This document shows, piece by piece, positions 35,901 to 45,600 of a DNA stretch of 64,000 bases. Source of the DNA: a virus; IMG/VR virus record IMGVR_UViG_3300012078_000004, positions 1,788 through 65,787 of that record; one strand, given 5' to 3'. The first letter of the stretch is position 1. Each line of letters opens with the position of its first letter. Under the pieces are notes generated by a model. The model did not search any database, was not told the origin of the DNA, and saw only the letters and a program-made list of their open reading frames with translations. Both the position numbers and the translations under genes were made by a program.

Positions 35901-36919
35901 CAGAAACAGAGCAGGCCCAGCTGGCACGCTGGGACATTGAGAACGAACTGAGGCTACCCGTCAATGAGCAATCCCTCGCATTCTTGATGGATCGTGGCAA
36001 GAAAAAACTGACGCTGGCCGAGCTAATGACCATGGACGAAATGGCAGCGGCACGTATTGACCGTGAAGAGCAAGCCATCGTTTTCACATACCAGTTCAAA
36101 CGCGGCCACAAAACCGAGTTCGTAACGATCACAGCACTCAACCGTGAAACCGCAGACGCACAGTTCGCACGAATGCAGCCGGGCGTGACTGGTTATTCAG
36201 TGCAAACGCGTCCGGTGGTAGAAGTCACCCAGCGCACATTTGCCGCGTTACATCGCAAAGCTGCGCGCTCGTATTTCACTACCTGCGGTATCGATCCTGA
36301 TACCGGCACCGGCGAAGCAACACCGGATGGCATGCAAGCTGCCATGGAGCAACTGATGAACGCCGACCGAAAAGACGAATTCAACAACGTCCTACGCTTC
36401 GGTGGCTATATCAGTAAAAATGGCAAGCCAAAACGCCCTGAGACCGTTTTTAAGCAGATATGCGAGGCATTCGGCTATTCAACTGCTAAACGCCGCCAGA
36501 ACCGCGCACAGGGCCTGAAATACGTCTGGTCGATTAACCCTGAGTCGTGGTCATTCATTCATGACATCCTCGCCCGCCGGGCCGAAGCGTCACTTTCGTT
36601 CTGCGCCCATAAACTGGATGTACCGGCGGCAGCGGCTGATGATCTAACTTGTGGATCAGATATAGATGTTAGATCCCAAGTTGGATCACTCGATATGGCC
36701 GCTGCCACTGCCTTTGAGCCAATCGAAGAGGCTCTATCTGGAATGCCTATCCCGGCGGCTTGGGTACGTGCGGCACTGACGCTGGCTGAACTGAAAGACC
36801 TCGCTATGTTACCGGTGAGGCTGATTAAGGCGACGATCTCCGGGTTGTATATGAGCGATAACATGGATCAGCTGACTGCTGGTCAATATGTCGAACTGAA
36901 GCGCCTGCAGGCGGTTTGA
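32933..36919 (+). CDS. repA: N15-type RepA primase-helicase replication protein
   Basis: About 1328 aa; TOPRIM VVEGFATG and ALDND; helicase AGMGSGKS, LDEATQ, YSPAISSGVSI. Confidence 0.92.
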   Translation: MKITDFYQQKFNSDPFELLDAAHSELASIAGAAGIDWNECAPEIQLTTSRGTSEKFTKYTRHAPAVTNQKLRGKVEIYSRQEATTDGIKYPFVNFVSKGADAGVWSGIQFLWAEFRRFMESSTGTTVPVSQAEIERKERAEKKRLEREEHARIADLMNNQRRAADLQEYLEFMAAFSSSPIEDGSAPYAVQKGISSIFSLCNVRRVTMWDRGRSGQNLINRECMAIPLSRIDGMHDGRIVGWQRIYPDGGKFQTRAIDAGDFAGSCHIIGKLRGARRVCVVEGFATGASVYMAAKKRFDAVIVAVSANNVIKVVEQLDAVYPGVEVWCALDNDIEAASQGKGNTGIKVGIDVMKRFPNVRCTRPLFSDGQLTPAGKIPNDFNDLVAISGITEANRQLFSNDNRVKLSAHPFEAELLALSVAPTGKQHRRTFSRQLIACIDAGMLLCPAKMSPKELIAVISSQLKSCGADDAFRNTVISRVKRRFEQKCQKAQSFRSFSDRITNAALRPDHITYKRFNTPQITPEVLAYIKSLHGPVIVRAGMGSGKSKHLLRPLMHSSDRGVSVAHRVSLIGGLWDMMTRDDNGQRLKTDILHYQDPGATDMAPHANKVAICINSTVKGCWRPLMTKHDFFGLDEATQGLRATLSGKAMAHPVDVFNRLIESIAMTDDHALLVDADASDILVDLCELALAKREQMGLSTWTQVHVVELPVDVTYEKEGARAARRVLYTDTNRIMVEVLKAVEAGEKFLLATDSTNFAEQLLLQLRDRWPEKKWLYVSQDTKPDQEVIEFTDSPNTRAPLYDGLIYSPAISSGVSIETRHFTRHFGSFCGQVVPSDAIQMLRRDRTATEFMVGLGQIPGRREESAESIKRGFLQALLDTADINEEFTDAIFDGDRLSLGLADTTYVKLKFKIAGMEAQARNDFANNFICILFADGYDVQHLSENEALSDAGKTLRKDAKARVWDMTVLRHIEAETPTEEEREELMSKRSLSETEQAQLARWDIENELRLPVNEQSLAFLMDRGKKKLTLAELMTMDEMAAARIDREEQAIVFTYQFKRGHKTEFVTITALNRETADAQFARMQPGVTGYSVQTRPVVEVTQRTFAALHRKAARSYFTTCGIDPDTGTGEATPDGMQAAMEQLMNADRKDEFNNVLRFGGYISKNGKPKRPETVFKQICEAFGYSTAKRRQNRAQGLKYVWSINPESWSFIHDILARRAEASLSFCAHKLDVPAAAADDLTCGSDIDVRSQVGSLDMAAATAFEPIEEALSGMPIPAAWVRAALTLAELKDLAMLPVRLIKATISGLYMSDNMDQLTAGQYVELKRLQAV
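33301..33316. promoter_or_regulatory. sopC-type palindrome 8 inside repA
   Basis: TGGGACCACGGTCCCA; one-mismatch copy at 33557-33572. Confidence 0.85.
36641..36687. other. Candidate replication origin / RepA-binding element inside repA
   Basis: Four GATC in 47 bp forming two inverted GATC-YAACTTG-(T)GGATC elements around an AT-rich core. Confidence 0.45.
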
Positions 36920-36928
36920 GGAGGAATT

Positions 36929-37255
36929 ATGTCTACCACCGATTATTTGAAAACACTGGACTATGATCAGCTGAAGTTTTGCCGAGAACGGTGTGATGAG
37001 ATGATCCGCGCTATCCAAGCTGAATCAAAGAAGATTGCTTGGGCGGTTACTGATGGCGTGACTAACCAGGGTTGGTTCCGAACAGAGGACTATCTAAAGG
37101 CGGTTGAATGCATTGCAAAAGTAGCGTCAGAACGCTGGGATGAAGACGAGAAAACTAACCCCGAACCTCGCAATTGGCTGAACCTGTCAATAAGAGGAGA
37201 GCGCCTGCCGGAGTCTGAGTACAACGCGCTATTTTCTGATGATCAGTGGGGGTAA
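36929..37255 (+). CDS. Hypothetical protein
   Basis: SD GAGGAGG after repA. Confidence 0.7.
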   Translation: MSTTDYLKTLDYDQLKFCRERCDEMIRAIQAESKKIAWAVTDGVTNQGWFRTEDYLKAVECIAKVASERWDEDEKTNPEPRNWLNLSIRGERLPESEYNALFSDDQWG

Positions 37256-37258
37256 GCG

Positions 37259-37630
37259 ATGGTTGATATTTGTGTTAAAAAGCTAGACGACAACGATCTC
37301 GAATATCTAAAGCGAGACATTGAACGAGAAATCGAACGCCGCGCTGCCGGCCCGACGAAGGTTGTCTATCAGGTTACCGATTGGGGGAATTTCCGAGTAT
37401 TTACTGATTTTCGCTGCGCAGCATTATGTTTCTTCGATATTGCTGAAAGCCTTCTGAATGATGCAAGGAGTGATGATGGTAAGGAAACGTTCGATTTAAA
37501 TGTAGGCACCTTGCTCTACGGTATTAGACCTATTGAGATCACACAAAATGACTTTGAGGCGAAGATCTCCCAAAAATACTTTGATGACGTTTGCTACGAA
37601 AAACGGTTGTCGGAAGTGTTTGTGCCATAG
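37259..37630 (+). CDS. Hypothetical protein
   Basis: Follows previous gene by 3 bp. Confidence 0.65.
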   Translation: MVDICVKKLDDNDLEYLKRDIEREIERRAAGPTKVVYQVTDWGNFRVFTDFRCAALCFFDIAESLLNDARSDDGKETFDLNVGTLLYGIRPIEITQNDFEAKISQKYFDDVCYEKRLSEVFVP

Positions 37631-37667
37631 AATTTCTTGGTTAGGTGCGTATTGCGTAAAGTGAAGC

Positions 37668-37683
37668 TGGGACCGTGGTCCCA
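37668..37683. promoter_or_regulatory. sopC-type palindrome 9 between convergent rep operon and telN
   Basis: TGGGACCGTGGTCCCA. Confidence 0.85.
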
Positions 37684-37701
37684 GCGTTTTCCTCAACAAA
37701 T

Positions 37702-39585
37702 TTACACGTTTGCTTCCCACGCGCGCTTCATAGCGTCTCTAACGTTCTCAGCATCGCCTTCCCAGCTGTAGTGGCCACCGGCGAAATCGAACTTGATTAA
37801 CCAACGGTTATGGCCTCGGCTGATCGGGGCTGCAAAGCGAGGTTTTTCTTGGCTGACATCTTCTTTCTCTTCGGCTTCGTCATCAACTTCCAGCTCGATT
37901 TCATCCTCATCATCCACATCATCGTCGGCATCGTCATCTGGCTCTTCAGTGTTTGTTACATCGTCAGTTTCGAAAATAACAACTGGTTGAATTTCGTCTT
38001 CAGCAGCTGATTTAAAGCGGCCATCGTCACCGACTTCCATGCCGAGTGCCGGTGCTACATAGTCCAAGTACCGCTTAGCAAACGCAGGGTTGCCGCCATA
38101 CTGCTTTCGGATTGTATACGTGGTGATTTTTGCTGATGGGTCGTTCTCAATGAGTTCCTTCACCCAGGAATGTAGGCGAACGGCAGCATCCCCGTTTGCC
38201 AGCCCAGGCATATCATCGTCTAAGGCTTGCAAGGCCACCAGCCGCGGGTTATCAGTGCTAAACGTTGGACGCCATGCTGTTGAAAAATTGCGTAGCTTAA
38301 ACTGTTTGTAATGCAGCTGTGTGTTCTCATCATCGTGGCCGAGAATCTCAGAGAAGAAAACGTCTTCGTCGCAGTCTTTCCAGCGTGGTTCTGTATTGAA
38401 ATATTGCTCATAAACGATACGGGCATAAATGGCCCGGCTGTCTTTATAAACCCGGCGATCGTCGTTAAAAAAGTCTTTAACGAACGGGTTGAATGCCACC
38501 GATATTCTGGTGTTAACCATGGCATTACCTGACCGCGTTTCGCTCTCAGGAACATTATTCACCAGATCAACAAGGTCTGCGGCAGCTGAGCTGTTCCGTA
38601 AAATCCCCAGTCGTTCAATGAAAATTTTGGGGTCACATAAACAGTAGATACGGCGCCCGTCATCGTCTCCAGTTCGTTTTTTGGCTTGGCCGATAAAGGT
38701 CATTTCATGATCGTTAATAGGTTCAAATTCACCTTGAACCATGATCTCTATCTGGCGTCGGCCAGATACAGCCGCCAAAGCGAATGCCAGTGGAGCCATG
38801 CCAGCGCGAGTGGTCAAATCGAAAGACTGAACAGGGGCGGTCAGTATGTCCATCAGGCGTTGCATATAGGTTGGGTAGTCGATGGTTATTGTGTTTCTCT
38901 TTTTCTCACTGAGAACGGTATCCCACCTGTTTTGAATAGACGTCCTTTCAGCTGTTGAAAGGGTCAAATGATAGAGAATCTCATGGTTTACGCGTAAAGA
39001 CCCCAAATCATCAAGTAGGCGTGACCCCTGTTCCAAAACGGCATATAGGGATTTCTGTGGTGCTTGATAATCCGCTGTGATGCAGTCACGTAGATAGCCG
39101 GCCCAATCCGGGTACTGCTTAGCCAAGCTCTCTAATTTTTTATTGCCGGCAGCGGTACCAAATTTAACTGGTGACGCCTTTTCAGCTACTGTCATGGCTG
39201 ATTTCAGACGCTCAAGAAGGCTGTGGCGACGCTGGCGAACCTCAGCAGCAGGTAGCTGTAGCCATTCACTCAACTCATCGCTATAAGCCGGGTACCGCTT
39301 AATTAAGCGTTCAAGATCGCTATGAAAGTGATGGTGCAACCGGTCATCAAATTTCTTCCGTGCTCGTGAGAGGTACGCGTTAAATGTATTAAGTGTGATC
39401 CGGCGCTTAAGGCCTTGTCCACGATATCTGCGTTTGTCTAAAAATAGGGCGTTGTTAAATTTTCTTGCCTCGGCCTTATATTTCCGCGTCTTTTCACCTT
39501 GAGGAATATCTGATGCATCGATCTGGTTTACTGTGCTGACCAAGGCATTGACCAACTCGCCAAATTTTATCTTCTGGACTGACAT
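37702..39585 (-). CDS. telN: Protelomerase (telomere resolvase)
   Basis: SGRRQIEI (R), GQAKKR (K), DSRAIY (R), EILGHDDENTQLHYKQF (H, Y); acidic C-terminal tract; adjacent to telomere palindrome. Confidence 0.96.
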   Translation of the reverse strand: MSVQKIKFGELVNALVSTVNQIDASDIPQGEKTRKYKAEARKFNNALFLDKRRYRGQGLKRRITLNTFNAYLSRARKKFDDRLHHHFHSDLERLIKRYPAYSDELSEWLQLPAAEVRQRRHSLLERLKSAMTVAEKASPVKFGTAAGNKKLESLAKQYPDWAGYLRDCITADYQAPQKSLYAVLEQGSRLLDDLGSLRVNHEILYHLTLSTAERTSIQNRWDTVLSEKKRNTITIDYPTYMQRLMDILTAPVQSFDLTTRAGMAPLAFALAAVSGRRQIEIMVQGEFEPINDHEMTFIGQAKKRTGDDDGRRIYCLCDPKIFIERLGILRNSSAAADLVDLVNNVPESETRSGNAMVNTRISVAFNPFVKDFFNDDRRVYKDSRAIYARIVYEQYFNTEPRWKDCDEDVFFSEILGHDDENTQLHYKQFKLRNFSTAWRPTFSTDNPRLVALQALDDDMPGLANGDAAVRLHSWVKELIENDPSAKITTYTIRKQYGGNPAFAKRYLDYVAPALGMEVGDDGRFKSAAEDEIQPVVIFETDDVTNTEEPDDDADDDVDDEDEIELEVDDEAEEKEDVSQEKPRFAAPISRGHNRWLIKFDFAGGHYSWEGDAENVRDAMKRAWEANV

Positions 39586-39766
39586 GCTCTTCTCCTTTTC
39601 CCGCCCCAATAACGCTACATATATTCATACAATATCAATCAATAGGGCATTTATCAACCAATTAAAAACAATACACATTAGGATACACGGAAGAGTAAAG
39701 AAGGTCAATAGTAAACAATACATAAATACAAACATGTACCCATATCAATATGTACATATGAATCAA

Positions 39767-39822
39767 TATCGATACACAATAGCCAATTATACGCGCGTAT
39801 AATTGGCTATTGTGTATCGATA
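39767..39822. other. Hairpin telomere / telomere resolution site (telL-type, read as telL-telL)
   Basis: TATCGATACACAATAGCCAATTATACGC|GCGTATAATTGGCTATTGTGTATCGATA; about 23/28 identical to the N15 half-site as I recall it. Confidence 0.93.
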
Positions 39823-40003
39823 TTGATTCATATGTACATATTGATATGGGTACATGTTTGTATTTATGTATTGTTTACTATTGACCTTCTTTACTCTTCC
39901 GTGTATCCTAATGTGTATTGTTTTTAATTGGTTGATAAATGCCCTATTGATTGATATTGTATGAATATATGTAGCGTTATTGGGGCGGGAAAAGGAGAAG
40001 AGC

Positions 40004-41887
40004 ATGTCAGTCCAGAAGATAAAATTTGGCGAGTTGGTCAATGCCTTGGTCAGCACAGTAAACCAGATCGATGCATCAGATATTCCTCAAGGTGAAAAGA
40101 CGCGGAAATATAAGGCCGAGGCAAGAAAATTTAACAACGCCCTATTTTTAGACAAACGCAGATATCGTGGACAAGGCCTTAAGCGCCGGATCACACTTAA
40201 TACATTTAACGCGTACCTCTCACGAGCACGGAAGAAATTTGATGACCGGTTGCACCATCACTTTCATAGCGATCTTGAACGCTTAATTAAGCGGTACCCG
40301 GCTTATAGCGATGAGTTGAGTGAATGGCTACAGCTACCTGCTGCTGAGGTTCGCCAGCGTCGCCACAGCCTTCTTGAGCGTCTGAAATCAGCCATGACAG
40401 TAGCTGAAAAGGCGTCACCAGTTAAATTTGGTACCGCTGCCGGCAATAAAAAATTAGAGAGCTTGGCTAAGCAGTACCCGGATTGGGCCGGCTATCTACG
40501 TGACTGCATCACAGCGGATTATCAAGCACCACAGAAATCCCTATATGCCGTTTTGGAACAGGGGTCACGCCTACTTGATGATTTGGGGTCTTTACGCGTA
40601 AACCATGAGATTCTCTATCATTTGACCCTTTCAACAGCTGAAAGGACGTCTATTCAAAACAGGTGGGATACCGTTCTCAGTGAGAAAAAGAGAAACACAA
40701 TAACCATCGACTACCCAACCTATATGCAACGCCTGATGGACATACTGACCGCCCCTGTTCAGTCTTTCGATTTGACCACTCGCGCTGGCATGGCTCCACT
40801 GGCATTCGCTTTGGCGGCTGTATCTGGCCGACGCCAGATAGAGATCATGGTTCAAGGTGAATTTGAACCTATTAACGATCATGAAATGACCTTTATCGGC
40901 CAAGCCAAAAAACGAACTGGAGACGATGACGGGCGCCGTATCTACTGTTTATGTGACCCCAAAATTTTCATTGAACGACTGGGGATTTTACGGAACAGCT
41001 CAGCTGCCGCAGACCTTGTTGATCTGGTGAATAATGTTCCTGAGAGCGAAACGCGGTCAGGTAATGCCATGGTTAACACCAGAATATCGGTGGCATTCAA
41101 CCCGTTCGTTAAAGACTTTTTTAACGACGATCGCCGGGTTTATAAAGACAGCCGGGCCATTTATGCCCGTATCGTTTATGAGCAATATTTCAATACAGAA
41201 CCACGCTGGAAAGACTGCGACGAAGACGTTTTCTTCTCTGAGATTCTCGGCCACGATGATGAGAACACACAGCTGCATTACAAACAGTTTAAGCTACGCA
41301 ATTTTTCAACAGCATGGCGTCCAACGTTTAGCACTGATAACCCGCGGCTGGTGGCCTTGCAAGCCTTAGACGATGATATGCCTGGGCTGGCAAACGGGGA
41401 TGCTGCCGTTCGCCTACATTCCTGGGTGAAGGAACTCATTGAGAACGACCCATCAGCAAAAATCACCACGTATACAATCCGAAAGCAGTATGGCGGCAAC
41501 CCTGCGTTTGCTAAGCGGTACTTGGACTATGTAGCACCGGCACTCGGCATGGAAGTCGGTGACGATGGCCGCTTTAAATCAGCTGCTGAAGACGAAATTC
41601 AACCAGTTGTTATTTTCGAAACTGACGATGTAACAAACACTGAAGAGCCAGATGACGATGCCGACGATGATGTGGATGATGAGGATGAAATCGAGCTGGA
41701 AGTTGATGACGAAGCCGAAGAGAAAGAAGATGTCAGCCAAGAAAAACCTCGCTTTGCAGCCCCGATCAGCCGAGGCCATAACCGTTGGTTAATCAAGTTC
41801 GATTTCGCCGGTGGCCACTACAGCTGGGAAGGCGATGCTGAGAACGTTAGAGACGCTATGAAGCGCGCGTGGGAAGCAAACGTGTAA
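40004..41887 (+). CDS. telN: Protelomerase (mirror copy)
   Basis: Mirror of 37702-39585. Confidence 0.95.
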   Translation: MSVQKIKFGELVNALVSTVNQIDASDIPQGEKTRKYKAEARKFNNALFLDKRRYRGQGLKRRITLNTFNAYLSRARKKFDDRLHHHFHSDLERLIKRYPAYSDELSEWLQLPAAEVRQRRHSLLERLKSAMTVAEKASPVKFGTAAGNKKLESLAKQYPDWAGYLRDCITADYQAPQKSLYAVLEQGSRLLDDLGSLRVNHEILYHLTLSTAERTSIQNRWDTVLSEKKRNTITIDYPTYMQRLMDILTAPVQSFDLTTRAGMAPLAFALAAVSGRRQIEIMVQGEFEPINDHEMTFIGQAKKRTGDDDGRRIYCLCDPKIFIERLGILRNSSAAADLVDLVNNVPESETRSGNAMVNTRISVAFNPFVKDFFNDDRRVYKDSRAIYARIVYEQYFNTEPRWKDCDEDVFFSEILGHDDENTQLHYKQFKLRNFSTAWRPTFSTDNPRLVALQALDDDMPGLANGDAAVRLHSWVKELIENDPSAKITTYTIRKQYGGNPAFAKRYLDYVAPALGMEVGDDGRFKSAAEDEIQPVVIFETDDVTNTEEPDDDADDDVDDEDEIELEVDDEAEEKEDVSQEKPRFAAPISRGHNRWLIKFDFAGGHYSWEGDAENVRDAMKRAWEANV

Positions 41888-42669
41888 ATTTGTTGAGGAA
41901 AACGCTGGGACCACGGTCCCAGCTTCACTTTACGCAATACGCACCTAACCAAGAAATTCTATGGCACAAACACTTCCGACAACCGTTTTTCGTAGCAAAC
42001 GTCATCAAAGTATTTTTGGGAGATCTTCGCCTCAAAGTCATTTTGTGTGATCTCAATAGGTCTAATACCGTAGAGCAAGGTGCCTACATTTAAATCGAAC
42101 GTTTCCTTACCATCATCACTCCTTGCATCATTCAGAAGGCTTTCAGCAATATCGAAGAAACATAATGCTGCGCAGCGAAAATCAGTAAATACTCGGAAAT
42201 TCCCCCAATCGGTAACCTGATAGACAACCTTCGTCGGGCCGGCAGCGCGGCGTTCGATTTCTCGTTCAATGTCTCGCTTTAGATATTCGAGATCGTTGTC
42301 GTCTAGCTTTTTAACACAAATATCAACCATCGCTTACCCCCACTGATCATCAGAAAATAGCGCGTTGTACTCAGACTCCGGCAGGCGCTCTCCTCTTATT
42401 GACAGGTTCAGCCAATTGCGAGGTTCGGGGTTAGTTTTCTCGTCTTCATCCCAGCGTTCTGACGCTACTTTTGCAATGCATTCAACCGCCTTTAGATAGT
42501 CCTCTGTTCGGAACCAACCCTGGTTAGTCACGCCATCAGTAACCGCCCAAGCAATCTTCTTTGATTCAGCTTGGATAGCGCGGATCATCTCATCACACCG
42601 TTCTCGGCAAAACTTCAGCTGATCATAGTCCAGTGTTTTCAAATAATCGGTGGTAGACATAATTCCTCC

Positions 42670-45600
42670 TCAAACCGCCTGCAGGCGCTTCAGTTCGACA
42701 TATTGACCAGCAGTCAGCTGATCCATGTTATCGCTCATATACAACCCGGAGATCGTCGCCTTAATCAGCCTCACCGGTAACATAGCGAGGTCTTTCAGTT
42801 CAGCCAGCGTCAGTGCCGCACGTACCCAAGCCGCCGGGATAGGCATTCCAGATAGAGCCTCTTCGATTGGCTCAAAGGCAGTGGCAGCGGCCATATCGAG
42901 TGATCCAACTTGGGATCTAACATCTATATCTGATCCACAAGTTAGATCATCAGCCGCTGCCGCCGGTACATCCAGTTTATGGGCGCAGAACGAAAGTGAC
43001 GCTTCGGCCCGGCGGGCGAGGATGTCATGAATGAATGACCACGACTCAGGGTTAATCGACCAGACGTATTTCAGGCCCTGTGCGCGGTTCTGGCGGCGTT
43101 TAGCAGTTGAATAGCCGAATGCCTCGCATATCTGCTTAAAAACGGTCTCAGGGCGTTTTGGCTTGCCATTTTTACTGATATAGCCACCGAAGCGTAGGAC
43201 GTTGTTGAATTCGTCTTTTCGGTCGGCGTTCATCAGTTGCTCCATGGCAGCTTGCATGCCATCCGGTGTTGCTTCGCCGGTGCCGGTATCAGGATCGATA
43301 CCGCAGGTAGTGAAATACGAGCGCGCAGCTTTGCGATGTAACGCGGCAAATGTGCGCTGGGTGACTTCTACCACCGGACGCGTTTGCACTGAATAACCAG
43401 TCACGCCCGGCTGCATTCGTGCGAACTGTGCGTCTGCGGTTTCACGGTTGAGTGCTGTGATCGTTACGAACTCGGTTTTGTGGCCGCGTTTGAACTGGTA
43501 TGTGAAAACGATGGCTTGCTCTTCACGGTCAATACGTGCCGCTGCCATTTCGTCCATGGTCATTAGCTCGGCCAGCGTCAGTTTTTTCTTGCCACGATCC
43601 ATCAAGAATGCGAGGGATTGCTCATTGACGGGTAGCCTCAGTTCGTTCTCAATGTCCCAGCGTGCCAGCTGGGCCTGCTCTGTTTCTGAGAGTGAACGTT
43701 TGGACATCAGCTCTTCGCGCTCTTCTTCTGTCGGTGTTTCAGCTTCGATGTGTCGCAGCACGGTCATATCCCAAACGCGCGCCTTGGCGTCTTTACGCAG
43801 GGTTTTCCCGGCATCGCTCAGGGCCTCGTTTTCGGACAGGTGCTGGACGTCATACCCATCGGCGAACAGGATGCAGATGAAGTTATTTGCAAAGTCGTTC
43901 CGCGCCTGCGCCTCCATGCCGGCGATCTTGAACTTCAGTTTGACGTAGGTTGTATCGGCCAAACCAAGCGATAAGCGATCCCCGTCAAAAATGGCATCTG
44001 TGAATTCTTCGTTGATGTCTGCTGTATCCAGCAGCGCCTGCAGGAAGCCGCGCTTGATGCTTTCTGCGCTTTCTTCTCTGCGCCCTGGGATTTGCCCCAG
44101 CCCAACCATAAATTCTGTCGCGGTTCTGTCGCGGCGCAGCATTTGTATTGCATCAGATGGTACAACCTGCCCGCAGAACGAACCGAAGTGCCGTGTGAAA
44201 TGCCGGGTCTCGATCGATACACCTGACGAGATCGCTGGGCTATAAATCAGACCGTCATACAGTGGCGCACGGGTATTGGGGGAGTCGGTAAACTCGATCA
44301 CTTCCTGATCGGGCTTTGTGTCTTGACTAACGTACAGCCACTTCTTTTCTGGCCAGCGATCGCGCAGCTGCAGCAGCAGCTGCTCGGCAAAATTTGTAGA
44401 GTCGGTAGCCAGCAGGAATTTTTCGCCAGCTTCGACGGCTTTCAACACCTCAACCATGATCCGGTTTGTATCGGTGTAAAGCACGCGGCGCGCTGCGCGC
44501 GCGCCTTCTTTCTCATACGTCACATCAACTGGCAGCTCAACAACATGTACCTGTGTCCATGTTGAAAGCCCCATCTGCTCACGCTTGGCCAGCGCCAGTT
44601 CGCACAGGTCGACCAGAATATCGCTGGCATCAGCATCAACCAGCAGAGCATGATCGTCGGTCATCGCAATCGACTCAATCAGCCTATTAAAAACGTCGAC
44701 CGGGTGGGCCATCGCTTTTCCTGACAGTGTTGCACGCAGCCCCTGGGTTGCTTCGTCTAACCCGAAGAAGTCGTGTTTTGTCATCAGCGGTCTCCAGCAC
44801 CCCTTCACTGTGCTGTTGATGCAGATGGCCACTTTATTCGCATGAGGAGCCATATCAGTAGCACCGGGGTCCTGATAGTGCAGAATATCGGTTTTCAGTC
44901 GTTGGCCGTTATCGTCACGGGTCATCATGTCCCACAGCCCACCGATCAGGCTGACACGGTGCGCAACGGACACTCCGCGATCTGATGAATGCATGAGTGG
45001 TCGCAGCAGGTGTTTCGACTTGCCCGAACCCATTCCGGCGCGAACGATAACAGGGCCATGCAGCGACTTAATATACGCAAGAACCTCAGGGGTGATCTGT
45101 GGCGTGTTGAATCGCTTGTATGTGATATGGTCCGGGCGAAGCGCTGCATTAGTAATGCGATCGCTGAACGAACGGAACGACTGAGCCTTTTGGCACTTCT
45201 GTTCGAACCTGCGCTTGACGCGGCTGATAACCGTATTACGGAACGCATCATCAGCACCGCAGCTTTTCAGTTGGCTGCTGATCACCGCTATCAGTTCTTT
45301 CGGCGACATCTTCGCCGGGCAAAGCAGCATACCGGCATCGATACACGCGATCAGCTGTCGGGAGAAAGTTCGGCGATGTTGTTTACCCGTTGGAGCGACG
45401 CTGAGTGCCAGCAATTCAGCTTCAAATGGATGGGCGGAAAGTTTGACACGATTGTCGTTAGAAAATAGCTGCCTGTTGGCTTCTGTTATTCCAGAAATTG
45501 CAACTAGATCGTTGAAGTCGTTTGGTATTTTACCAGCAGGTGTTAGCTGGCCATCGGAAAATAACGGGCGGGTGCAGCGTACATTGGGGAATCGTTTCAT

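Noticed and set aside
37702-39585. Integrase/att-mediated insertion
   Set aside because: Catalytic residues are tyrosine-recombinase-like, but motifs, size and the adjacent palindrome identify a protelomerase; no att sites or host flanks seen
1-39794. sopA/sopB, umuD and tail fibre genes
   Set aside because: Not present in the window; by N15 synteny they would lie left of position 1, which I cannot see
39533-40056. 89-aa ORFs crossing the symmetry axis
   Set aside because: They span the hairpin turn-around, have Ile/Asn/Tyr-rich non-coding composition and overlap telN
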